A stretch of DNA of 64,000 nt from an uncultured delta proteobacterium (GCA_963711835.1 CAVQFQ010000004.1:352001-416000), one strand, 5' to 3'. Counted from the stretch's first letter, positions 40,113 to 50,581 are shown. Made by a program: numbers and translations. The notes: generated from the letters alone by a model not told the origin.

Positions 40113-40279
40113 GGGAGGAAACGAAAGACCTTCCGTTCGCCCTCGGTGGCGCTTTCCAGGCCTTCGATATCCTCAGGGTGCATGCGGGCCATATCAATTT
40201 AATTCCACGAATTCAAGAACGTCCCAGTCTCTATGCTAATTTCTTCTGCACTCTCGGAACGAACGCCCCCGATTCCACT
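40113..40279 (-). repeat. Array unit 5: junction motifs + NERD stub (ATG 40192)
   Basis: MARMHPEDIEGLESATEGERKVFRFL preceded by the same boundary as 38705-38783. Confidence 0.88.
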
Positions 40280-40298
40280 TTATCCTTTTAAGATTGTA

Positions 40299-41010
40299 TT
40301 ACACACGTAGATCATCCAGGAATTCTGATGGGTTATCGCTGCTTGTAACCAGAAGATGATCCCGGGCACGGGTACAGGCTACGTAAAGCAAGTGGCGCTC
40401 AGTGTCATAGACCTCTTGTAGGTCCGAGTCATCGGCCACCGTTTCGATGCGCGTTTGTGAGGGAATAACCTCGTCGTCGCAGGCCATAACGACAACGGCT
40501 CGGAACTCCATCCCTTTTGCAAGATGCATAGTGCAGATTGCAATATGCCCGCTGGCTGTCTCAACCTTGTCATCGAGTATTTTATAGGGGATTTTAGATT
40601 TCTCCACGGCCGCCCGGGCTCTATCCAGCTCATTTTCAGATCGTACGAATAGGCCGATCTCATGGGGTGCGACTCCTTCGGCTCTTCGATCTTTAAGCCA
40701 CTGTCCGACTGCTTCTATTTCCTCTTTTTTACTAGCGAACGACATGATTATCGGTTCCGGCCCGTTGAATGCCGAAATTGTGCCCCGGCGGTCTTCCAGA
40801 TTACCGTCAACATCGGATAGTTCTGGACCTAAAAGTCGGTCGGCCTGTATTCGTGTCTGGTACGAGCGATGTCCGGTAGTTGATTTGGCAGATCTCCGGG
40901 AGCGCCCGCGGACATCAACGCCGAGAGCTTTCCAGGAAACCGCGTGGAAGATCCGTTTCCCAAGGTCACCGGCAAAGAAAAGACCGTTTGGGCTATTACC
41001 CCCCAGCGCA
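40299..41010 (-). pseudogene. 3' part of a UvrD-like (SF1) helicase gene
   Basis: LFFAGDLGKRIF...TMHLAKGMEFRAV...ERHLLYVACTRAR; N-terminus missing. Confidence 0.8.
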
Positions 41011-41150
41011 GAATCGGCGTGATGAATTCAGCACGACGGCGGCTCTGGATGATTTGCTGGGTCGGCTGGCCCTGGTCATCAAGCTCCCAGTGACAAACCG
41101 GGAAATGGTAGGGAGTTTAGGATCGGTTTTTCAAAAAATCGGTTTTCCAT
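41011..41150 (-). pseudogene. 5' fragment of a type III restriction endonuclease (Res, BPTD_3080-like), frameshifted
   Basis: MENRFFEKPILNS[fs]YHFPVCHWELDDQGQPTQQIIQSRRRAEFITPI. Confidence 0.65.
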
Positions 41151-41353
41151 TTTTATGTTCTCACCGATGATCTATTTTATTAATCGCCTTAGCAAAAACC
41201 TGTAATGTCCTAAAGGTATCGTCCGTAAAATATGTTTTTTTTCTTTTTAGTAACTTACCAATTTCGATCAGCATCGGGACCCGGGAGGTTGGTGCAGGAG
41301 TTGCTTCCTTCAGCTACCATTTCCGGCATCAACAAAAACTCCAGGTCCTTGAA

Positions 41354-41896
41354 TCATTTCCTGCCATATTTGGCCCGGGGCTCCCTGGCCAAAAAACCGA
41401 TTTTCTTTCTGGGTTTAACCGGCGGGGCCATGAGCTGTCTTATCGCTTCAAAAACCACCCGGAACTGGCCATCGTATTTTTTCTCCATCTCCTCAATCTT
41501 CAGCTTTAGCTCCCCATGGGTCGCCAGGATCTCCCTCAGCCGGGTGAAGGTTCTCATAATCTGGATATTGACCATGACGGCCTGCTCGCTGTTTAGAACA
41601 CTTGAGAGCATAGCGACCCCGTTTTCGGTGAAGGCATAAGGGCGATATCTTAAACCTTTTCTATCCGATTTGGAGGTCACAAATTGTGACCTCCAATCAT
41701 TAAACTCTTCCTGGGTCAACTCAAACATGAAGTCATCGGGAAAGCGTTTTAGATTTCTTTTGACCGCCTGTTTTAAAGCCTTTGTCTCCACGCCAGATAG
41801 AACACCCAGATCACGATCAAGCATGACCTTTTTCCCTCTTAGTAGAAGGATTTTACTTTCAATAATTTCCTACGGCACTAACCCTTTTTGTTCCAT
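41354..41896 (-). pseudogene. ORF6N (KilA-N-like) domain protein with in-frame TAG at codon 9
   Basis: [29 protein letters not shown]...[16 protein letters not shown]...[18 protein letters not shown]. Confidence 0.8.
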
Positions 41897-42033
41897 TCAT
41901 TCCCTCGACCTTATCAGGCAGACACATTGATCCCAACCCTAAACGCTCGGGAAGCCTTTTAGCCTTCCGGCTCTCGTGCCAGATCTTCTCCCCCACCCAG
42001 CGTGCCCAGGCCGGCGAGATGCGGTTTGAGCCA

Positions 42034-42369
42034 TTATTTTCTCTTCCTTTTGTTTTTTTGAACTTTTTTATCGCTTACTTCCGGGGACCGATATTGTTCT
42101 TTCGGTTCGGAAGCAAAAAACAAAGAGGATTTTTTCGTAATCAACTTCTCAATTTCCTGATCTGTAAATTTCAGTTGACGAAATACACGCTTGCAATAAA
42201 TCGGATCCAGGGTCTTCTTGCCGGTTTGGACCGGAGCTGAATGTCGCCTTCCTTCAACTACCCTGGCCTATATGGCATGATCGCTGGGTCCTTGACGAAC
42301 AAAAACAGCCCCGCCTTTTTCAAGGATCCTTACCAGTTCCTTACTGGATAAAGACGGAAACTTAGACAT
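42034..42369 (-). pseudogene. HicA-like toxin with in-frame TAG at codon 34 (42268-42270)
   Basis: MSKFPSLSSKELVRILEKGGAVFVRQGPSDHAI*ARVVEG...; overlaps the hicB stop. Confidence 0.75.
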
Positions 42370-42661
42370 AGGATGGGACCTCGTGGATTTCTAACGGCTT
42401 GAGGATAAATCCTTCCTTTGGCTCTTTAACCCAGTCAGGTTCGGTATCCCTTAAAAAATCAATGAAGTCCTCAATCGGCATAGGCTCCAAAACCGTCTCC
42501 GGGTATTCTTTGAGGTCGGAGAGATATAATTCAATGGCTTCCTTCAGGTTTATCTCTACGTCGGCGAGATTATCTCCCCTGGCGGCTACATTCAGTTCCA
42601 AGCACACATCCACGTACTCCAGTTTGCTTTTACGAACAATGGCGGTAAATTTTTGGTGCAT
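42362..42661 (-). CDS. HicB-like antitoxin
   Basis: CLELNVAARGDNLADVEINLKEAIELYL. Confidence 0.8.
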   Translation of the reverse strand: MHQKFTAIVRKSKLEYVDVCLELNVAARGDNLADVEINLKEAIELYLSDLKEYPETVLEPMPIEDFIDFLRDTEPDWVKEPKEGFILKPLEIHEVPSYV

Positions 42662-42728
42662 AATAATCTCCTAACAAACCTTGATTCCCCTTCACTCGAC
42701 GGGAGGGGGTTAGGGGGTAAAAACGGAC

Positions 42729-42804
42729 CCGGGAGGTTGGATGAAATAAAAAGGCCCTAACTTTATGATGAGAAAGGGCCTTTAAGTTTCATCCAACCTC
42801 CCGG
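42729..42804. repeat. 30-bp imperfect inverted repeat with 16-nt spacer
   Basis: CCGGGAGGTTGGATGAAA-TAA-AAAGGCCCT / AGGGCCTTT-AAG-TTTCATCCAACCTCCCGG. Confidence 0.8.
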
Positions 42805-43140
42805 TTTAAGGTTAAAGGGAAAATAAAAGGAACTTTAAGAAGATAGGCTTGAAATAGCATATATCAGGCCTGTTGTCAATGTAAGGAAACTGGACCTTGG
42901 TCTGCGCTGGTTGATCGAATTTAACATCGGGACATGGCCCCCTTCGCTGACCTCGGTGATTTCCACCAGGGCCTGGTGGAGGGCCCCAGGGTCAGATAAA
43001 CCAGTTCAATATCCCGGTTGGAGAGGAGCGGGAACATGGCCAGGTTTTAAAATTTTTTTCAAAAAACAAAAAAATTTTTATGAAAGAACTGCCTGGTGGG
43101 TTGGGGAGAGTATTATTGCAGAGTAAAATTTGGGGGGCGT

Positions 43141-43419
43141 TTAATAACAAATGTCGTGGGGGCCGATCTCGATAAGATAGACACTGCCGTCGTCGAGTAT
43201 TTTAAAGACCAGCCTCTCGGAATAACTTATTGAAATAGCATAATAATCACTGAGATTGCCCTTGAGTTTGTGGGTTTTCAAGCCAGGGGCGAAGATATCC
43301 TCCTTAAATAACTTCATTTTTTGCTTAAACCTTTCTCTTTGGGAGTCAGAAAGCCCGACGATATATTTCTTAAACTTTCTATCGAAGGCCGCATCGAAAA
43401 GTATAGATTTAGGCTTCAT
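43141..43419 (-). CDS. RelE/YafQ-like mRNA interferase toxin
   Basis: LKTHKLKGNLSDYYAISISYSERLVF...IGPHDICY. Confidence 0.85.
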   Translation of the reverse strand: MKPKSILFDAAFDRKFKKYIVGLSDSQRERFKQKMKLFKEDIFAPGLKTHKLKGNLSDYYAISISYSERLVFKILDDGSVYLIEIGPHDICY

Positions 43420-43422
43420 GCC

Positions 43423-43605
43423 TTACCCGATCTGTTCGATAAAATTATCCAGACTGACTTTTTTAACCTTCCCGGCTTTTAGGTTTTTTTCGGCCTCGGC
43501 TATCCGGAGCAGGAAATTTTGCCTTTTCACACTCTGATATATTTCCTTGAGGATCCTGTATTCTTCTTTAGGAACAGCCACGGTTTCATTGGCAATTGTA
43601 TCCAC
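43423..43605 (-). CDS. Putative antitoxin
   Basis: 60 aa, RBS AAGGAGG, directly upstream of the toxin. Confidence 0.72.
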   Translation of the reverse strand: MDTIANETVAVPKEEYRILKEIYQSVKRQNFLLRIAEAEKNLKAGKVKKVSLDNFIEQIG

Positions 43606-43651
43606 ACCAACACCTCCTTTCTTCTTTTTAGATGTCTTATGGCTAACAAAA

Positions 43652-43783
43652 TATCATAAAGTGACGGACACCCGCCATTTGCAAACCGTCATGTCCGGCC
43701 TGTAAAAGATCAAAGGCGTCCTGACCGTCACCCATTCCTTCGAAAAATTGGGTCTAAAAGAAAGCCCCATGCCCTTAGCGGAA
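43652..43783 (+). repeat. relA 3'-end direct repeat, degenerate right copy (attR-like)
   Basis: Matches 34460-34591 but has a TAA and an indel in the relA frame. Confidence 0.9.
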
Positions 43784-43795
43784 GTGTCGGATGGG

Positions 43796-45139
43796 CTAAC
43801 CCTCCAGGCCGGCAGCCTTCCCGGATAGAAACCGGGACAGCCCCGGATCCACTCCCCCAACTATTGAATGCCGTATCTCGTTTTCGAGCGTGTTCTCGAC
43901 GGCCGCCTCCTCCGTCAAAGTCAGGGCTTGGTTATAGACGATGATTTCTGCGATGTCGCCGTTAAAGACCCTTAAGGAAAAGTTTAAATTGCCGCCCACC
44001 GAGAGCCGGGACGGCTCGAGATACGTTTGCGAGCAATTGACAGACGATAGCCAGTTGGTCCCGTTCACGGCCGAGAAAAAGCGGGCCGCAGCGAATTCGT
44101 ATCCGAAGGTCAGGACCTGAAACTTAGACGAATCCAATTGTTGAAGCGGGTAGGCATATTGATTCAAGGAAGACCCGTTTTGCTGAACAACAAAATTGCG
44201 GCAATTGGCGTGATTATAATCAATGATATCCGCATAGGTGGCCTGGGTAGCCCCGGGTTTCACCACAATAAAGAGGGTATAATTATTCGCCCCCTGCAAG
44301 ATATTAACGGCGTTGGCCGTAGAGAGGACCGTATGATTGGTGCCGGTGAACCGCACGGCCGGCATATTGTTGGTGGTGGCATTGGCTATCCAGAGCGGTT
44401 GGCTCGAAAGGGCTGAATCGGACTGGACGTTGAATCCATTGCCGCTTTGATCCGCCCAAAGGCTGACGCGATCGCTGCCGTCTTTGGTAATTCCTTTATC
44501 GGCCTGGAGCCAGAAACGTATCCCGGGAGCAGGGGGACTGCCGGTAGCCTTAAAGATGACTGGTAGAAATAATCTCCAAGGTACCAGGGAGGAACCGGCA
44601 GGTATGGTGAGCAAAACGGCCTGGCTTTCTTGAGGCCGGGCCATACCGCCTGAAGTGATAATAATACTGACCGCAGGCCAGACCCCCGGACTGGCCCCGA
44701 TGACCTGACCCGTGCTATTGGGGTCAACCGCCAACATGGCTTCGATGATGTAAAGACCCGGATCGGAGCCGTCAAAAAAAAGGACCGTTTCGAATTCGCC
44801 CAGGGCGTTGCATTGGACCAGGGGGGACAAAGGAATCTGGTTGACGCTCAAGCGAACAAAGCTGTTGGCCGGAAACCCGCTGCCGTGAACCGTAAAATAA
44901 CTGCCCACCCCGCCTGAAGTATAATTGACCGTTAAATTTCTAAGGACGGGTCCGGTTACCTCGTGATCGATCAGATTGCCGGCCCGGTCATATAAATAAC
45001 GAAAGAAGATGCTGTTGCCGTATTCGACCTGGATCAAACGCCCGGCCCGGTCGTAGGTATAAGTGTTCTGAACCGTATCGCCTCGGGCAGCGGTCCAAGG
45101 CAACAATAAAACGATGATTAAGCCCATGATCGGCAGCAT
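43796..45139 (-). CDS. Secreted protein with YD repeats and a LamG/concanavalin-like domain
   Basis: Signal peptide; YTYDRAGRL and YLYDRAGNL; VSLWADQSGNG...FNGDIAEIIVYNQAL. Confidence 0.75.
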   Translation of the reverse strand: MLPIMGLIIVLLLPWTAARGDTVQNTYTYDRAGRLIQVEYGNSIFFRYLYDRAGNLIDHEVTGPVLRNLTVNYTSGGVGSYFTVHGSGFPANSFVRLSVNQIPLSPLVQCNALGEFETVLFFDGSDPGLYIIEAMLAVDPNSTGQVIGASPGVWPAVSIIITSGGMARPQESQAVLLTIPAGSSLVPWRLFLPVIFKATGSPPAPGIRFWLQADKGITKDGSDRVSLWADQSGNGFNVQSDSALSSQPLWIANATTNNMPAVRFTGTNHTVLSTANAVNILQGANNYTLFIVVKPGATQATYADIIDYNHANCRNFVVQQNGSSLNQYAYPLQQLDSSKFQVLTFGYEFAAARFFSAVNGTNWLSSVNCSQTYLEPSRLSVGGNLNFSLRVFNGDIAEIIVYNQALTLTEEAAVENTLENEIRHSIVGGVDPGLSRFLSGKAAGLEG

Positions 45140-45229
45140 GACCGGAGGAGGCCTGATATCCTATTTTTCATAAAATTCTCCTTATTTTCGTCCCTGGGTC
45201 GTAGACGAGGGCTTGTAGACCGGGACATC

Positions 45230-48200
45230 CTACCTGTTAAGCAGCGTTGGATGCCAGGAACCATCACCGAAGGCCTTGGCCCGATCCAACGCATAGTTGA
45301 CAATGTGTGCGTTCGGACCCACCCCGGTGATGAGGTTTAAGCCTTTTCCGATATACTGCATCCCGGCGTTCACAGTCGATCTTATCTTTGGTGGGACGTG
45401 GCTCCACAAGTACTTTTCCTTATACTCGCCCCAGGTTGTCCACTTGTTGTCAAACGAGTCCCAGACTTTACCCTGATCCATGTACCAATCAAAGGCTATA
45501 AGTCCCATAACAAAATACCCCGCCCCTTCTACCAAGGCTGCGCCCCTTCCTCCGGTGGCCGCACCGCCTTTGACCGCTATGTCTTTCTCTATGGCTCCGA
45601 CCCCCTCTTCTGCTACTGTCTCGGTCGTCAGAACCTTTACCTGGCCCCCTTTCGGGATGATCTTTTCCAGCTCTCGCGGGTCATCGATATTATAGGGGTG
45701 GCCTTTGATCAGAGCGACTCCTGGGGGTTCCACGACCAGGACCAACGCCTTACTTTGCGAAGAGCTGTACTCGATGTTGGCGTTGAACTCCGGAAGCGCT
45801 GGCCAAGCCCGGAACTTGCTCCCTGTAAACGAGTTCGCTGGCGCGGGAAAATGCCTCTGGGTGAGTCTCTGAGACGTACGTAACGCCCTGCCGCGTTACG
45901 TTGTAGGTCGGCGAGTCAAAGACTTTACCGTTCCAGCCGTAAATGTCCTCAGTGGGTGGTTTGATGGTGATGATATCAATCGGGTCGACGACCTTTGGAT
46001 AGAAAACTCCCGAGCTCACGTCCAAGCCCCGCGGATCGGTTTTGTTTACCGGGTCGCCACCTACATAACCGTACAGATTGAGACCCGCCGACAGGCCCAA
46101 CGGGTCCTCGGTTATGAACCGCTTGGCTTCAGGGTCGTAGTAGCGCGCCTGCATGTGATAAAGACCGTTCTCGTCGGCCATCACACCATGGGTACCGATG
46201 TACTGAAAAGCGTTGACCAGACTGCCCGAGGCACCCAGCACCTTCCCATAGGGATCGTAGCCGTATGATTTCACTACAGTCTGTGAGGCATCGGTAATCG
46301 CCACGATACTGCCCCGCTCGTCACCATGGTACACCTTTGACAGCCCCCGAGCCGTCGAGGCTGTAAAGAAGCGAGCCTGCATTCTATTGTAGCTCTGGAC
46401 GTTCCCTGATCCGTCGAGGATACAATAGATCGTGCCGCCCTCGCGCACGTAACGCGCCGTCGCGGAGTTAAACGTTTTGACCAAACGGTTGCCTACGCCA
46501 TCGTAGGTGTAGGTGGTGGTGTTCGTCCCGTCGGCGACCGAGACCAGGCGGTTTAGGGCATCGTAGGTGTAGGTGGTGGTAGTACCGCCCAATTCCTTCG
46601 AAATCAGGTTGCCCCGGTCGTCGAAGGTGTAGGTCGTTAGGACGCCGTTGATGTTCGCACTAAGCATACGGTTGATCGGGTCAAAGCTGTAACTTGACTA
46701 CTGAGGGGTCGGGTTGCCGGTTACAGGTTGACTGCCCTGCACGGTGGCGATTTGGCCGGCTGATGTATAGGTATAGGTATAACTCGCAATTACAGTGGCA
46801 GCCGCCTTCTGGTTTACACGGGTAGCAACCCTTCCCGCCGTATCATAGGTGTATAAGGTGCGGGTTCCGTTGGGCAGATTGACTTGGGTTACCCGGTTCA
46901 AGGCGTCGTACTGAAAGGTCGTCTGGTTGCTTCTCCAGTCGGTGATATCCGTCAGCCTTCCGGCAGTATCGTAGGTGTAGGTCAGGGCGTTTCCGCCAGG
47001 GTAGGTGAGGGTTTTTAATCGCCCAGCCGCGGTGTACGAATAGGCCATAACCTTTCCGCTCGGGTCGGTGCGTGTGAGACGACGGCCAAGCAGGTCATAG
47101 GTCATCGTCGTCGTACCGGAGGCGTCGGTGACGATGGCCAGATTCCCCGCAGCGTCGTAGACATAGGTGATGGTCTGACCGGGCAACGCAATGCTTGTCA
47201 GTCGGCTGTCGGCGTCGTAAGCGTAAGTAATCACGGTGGCGTCACGCAAGGTCTTCTGCGTAAGCCTGCCCATTCCATCGTAGACGTAGTTCTCCGCTTT
47301 TCCATTGGGATCGGTTTTCGAAGAGAGGCGGCCGGTGTTGTCGTAGGAGAACGACCATGAATGACCGAGCGGGTCGGTGATGCCTGTCAGTCTACCAGTG
47401 TAACTATAATCGTAAGAGTATTGGACCACGCCCTGATCCGGCAGAGTTGTGGAGATGACGCGGTCCACTTTGTCGTACTGAAAAGTCTGGGTGTTGCCAA
47501 GCGGATCGGTTACGCTGATGACCCTTCCCGCCGCATCGTACAGGGTCGTCCTTGTGTTGCCGAGTGGATCGGTGGTCTGCAGAGGCCGGCCTTCCTCGTC
47601 GAATGTGGTGGTCCACGTATCGCCGTTCTCGTTTTTCACCGAGGTGACGTTGCCGTTTGAGTCGTAACCATAGTAGACATGGTGGCCGAGGGCGTCGACG
47701 ACAGCCGTGGGCCGATTCGATTTGTCGTACTGACGCATAATGGTAACACCATCAGCATCGGTGACACTCACCAGGTTGCCGTCAACATCATAAGAGTACG
47801 TTGTTATGCCGCTGAGAGCGTTCGTCACTTGCGTTGGCCGGTCAGCCCAGTCGTACGTATACGTTGCCATTGCGGCCGTCGGCACGAAGGTGCGGGTGGC
47901 CAGGTTTCCATTGTCGTCATAAGTGAGATGTGAGATATTTCCCAGGGGATCGGTGCGAGTGAGCACGTTGCCGACTTCGTCGTACGTCGTCTGGAATGTT
48001 ATGCCCGAAACAGGAAAGCTGACCTGCGTGGGCTGACCCGCCGCGTTATAAGTAAGGCTGATCTGGGCTCCGGTCGGATCGGTCATTGTCTGTGGCAGTC
48101 CGTTGGCATTGTAGGCAAAACTCCAGTTCTTGCCGTTAAAGTCTAATATTGTCGTAGGTTGACCGCTGGGGTTTACCGAGATGCTCTGACCAGATCCAAG

Positions 48201-50348
48201 GGCGTTTTGCATGGAGGTGAGGTTGCCGTTGGCATCGTACCCGAAGGTGGCAGTGGTATATCCGAGGGGACCTGTTATCGATGTAGGTCGGTTTTGCGCG
48301 TTGAAGGAAAACTGTGCCATGGCGCCGGACCGGTCGCTCGCTAGGTTCGGGTTGTTGTTGGCGTCATAGAGCATCTGCACATTCCCGCCATTCTTGTCGG
48401 TCATGCTGACCAACCGACCCTGGGAGTCTGTGGTAGAGTTGGCCTGGCGTCCTTCGCCATCGGTTACACTCGTCAGGTTGTATGCCAAATCGTAAGTATG
48501 CGTGATAGTGTTTCCGGAAGGCAGAGTGACCTGGGTGGTTGTACCATTCGCATCAACAGTGTACTGGTAGCTTGTAATGTTTCCGGCGCCATCCATTTGC
48601 TGTGTTACACGGCCGGAGGCATCATAGCTGTTGGTCAAGGTTGTCACGCCCTTTGCGTTAACCACGGTAAGAATACGGTGTGAGCTGTCGTAGCCAAAGC
48701 CCCAGGTCTTGCCACGAGGGTCCACGATGCCTGTAAGATTACCCAAGCCGTCGTACTGGAATGAAACCGTGTTGCCAGGCTTTAACGGCGATGTAATCGC
48801 TGTGAGATGCCCGGAAACGTCGTAGGTAAAAATGATCTGCCTCCCTGCAGTGTCGGTGATGTAATCGATCTGGTTCGGTGTTGTCGTTGAATACGTAAAT
48901 GCAATCTGGTTGCCGTTCAGGTCTGAGATAGCCAGCAGTCTGCCGCTTGAGTCGAACTGATAAGCGGTCTTGTCATAGAGTGTGGCCAAGTAGTGGCTTG
49001 GGTCGGGCATGGTGAGTATGACCGGCGTGTTGCAGTTGATAGGTGTAAAATTACCTGAGCCATCGCCGTGGAAGGTCTCTTCATGCCCGTCGCCCCACTT
49101 GATGGTTACGTCGGTGGAGGGTGGCGTTGGCAGCGTGAGCCTGATGTTGTAAGTGTGGGTCCAACCGTACCCCAGGGGGCCGTTGTAAATAGTGTCTAAG
49201 GAGTTATAGTTGGTTGAGAAGGTAAAAGGCAGGAGTCTGCCGGGAAAGCTGAACAGAGGCTTGGAGGTAACATAGTTCCCGAGACCGGCATGCACCGGCT
49301 CTGCGATGAGCGACCTGCCGTCACCATTGCCGAAGTTGCTATTTCGGTTCACGGGCGTGGTGGTAGGCTGGGTGAACGTGACAGTGGCCTGGTTCACCGC
49401 CGTAGCGATTGACGCCGTCACCAGGTCCACTCCCGTCGACCGGGCGAGGCGATCGTGGCTGAGGCAATCCCACTCGAGTCCGTCTGTGCCGAGACCGGGG
49501 TAAGGTGCCGAACTGCGGAGTAAAGTTTACGCCAGACGCCCGACAGGTTGACGCCGGAGTTCTGCTCGAAGACGCGGAGCCGTTAGCGTGCTGGGTGCCG
49601 TCCGCGGGTACACTGGGCGGTACGGGTGTGAACGTCAACACCTCGGTGCCGCCAAATTTGTAGTAGTCATCCGCATCATTGCAAAAACCAATCCCACCGA
49701 CCATGCCGCGGAACGTCGCATTCTCAGTGCTCCGGTAGTCGTGTTGCTTGGGCACGTTGCCCTAAGCGTGACCGTGAAGCTCTGCCCTCGCTTGAACACG
49801 CCCTCCGGCACCATGGTACACGCGCTCAAGTCGGAACATTGGCCCTCTCCGCATGACTCGCAGTAGCAGTGGTCGTTGAGCCGCGGAGATGCAGGCGGTG
49901 TGCTTGTGCCTGCGGTCCAGGCGACGTCACCAGGACTAGGACCGGCACCATGATGGGCATCCGCTTTCGGGCTGTAGTCAAGTAAAGTGAAGCATCCGGA
50001 TGGATAATAGATCGCTACGCCGTCAGTCCCCTGCGCCCTCCATGCGGCGTAGGCGCAGATCCACCCCTGCGCCGGGGCCGAATTAGGCAGGATGGTTGCT
50101 GTGATCGTCACCGTGTCGCCGAGGTTGATTATCTTTGGGCTGATGTTCAGCGTGCCCCAATCCCCCCAAAATAATGCGTTTTGACTGCCCGGCGCCGGGT
50201 CAAGGGCAAAACTATTAGGGCAAGATAAGGCCATCGCTATGGATAGAACTGCTATGGCCGTCAGAATCTTCACTGGAAAAGACCGATGCTTTCTGAAGCC
50301 CTCTTTTTGTGAAGCATTGGTCCTGATCCGATATTTCTGTCTCTCCAT
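45230..50348 (-). pseudogene. Large secreted RHS/YD-repeat protein, disrupted by several frameshifts and one in-frame TAG (46698-46700)
   Basis: Consecutive ORF pieces 49635..50348, 49339..49755, 46698..49430, 45750..46667, 45230..45745; GPLGYGWTH, dozens of YD repeats, core ARYYDP...DPVNKTDPRGL. Confidence 0.85.
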
Positions 50349-50535
50349 AAACCTAACCCCTCCCCTTCTAAAGCTGCCCCGTAAAAGATCCCATAGTTTA
50401 TCAGAATACTACTACTTAACGCCAAGAATTGTAATTATATTTTTGGTGTTCTTTGTTGTCAAGCGGATATTCCGGAATGGTTGGATTAGGGAGACAGCGC
50501 ATGGTTGGAGTCGTTTATCAGATCCGGACAAGACC

Positions 50536-50581
50536 AAAGAAAAAAACCCCATGCCGGAGGAGACACAGGGTTTTTTTCTTT
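50536..50581. terminator. Probable bidirectional rho-independent terminator
   Basis: AAGAAAAAAACCC...GGGTTTTTTTCTT inverted repeat downstream of rpmB. Confidence 0.6.

Larger units (their letters stand above)
34460..43783. mobile_element. Genomic island at the relA/spoT 3' end (TA/defence relics, no integrase seen)
   Basis: Bounded by the duplicated relA 3' end; filled with TA genes, gene fragments and repeats. Confidence 0.65.

Noticed and set aside
35799-40279. CRISPR array
   Set aside because: Repeats are 100-300 bp, variable, and separated by whole genes; no cas genes in the window.
35799-43605. Classical integron/CALIN
   Set aside because: No tyrosine integrase, and no convincing RYYYAAC...GTTRRRY palindromic attC sites between genes. 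Fragments such as CTGCGTTAT at ~1581 and ~36727 are too short to call.
45230-50348. Alternative genetic code (TAG=Gln) for the RHS locus
   Set aside because: Only one internal TAG in over 1200 codons, alongside true frameshifts; decay explains it better.
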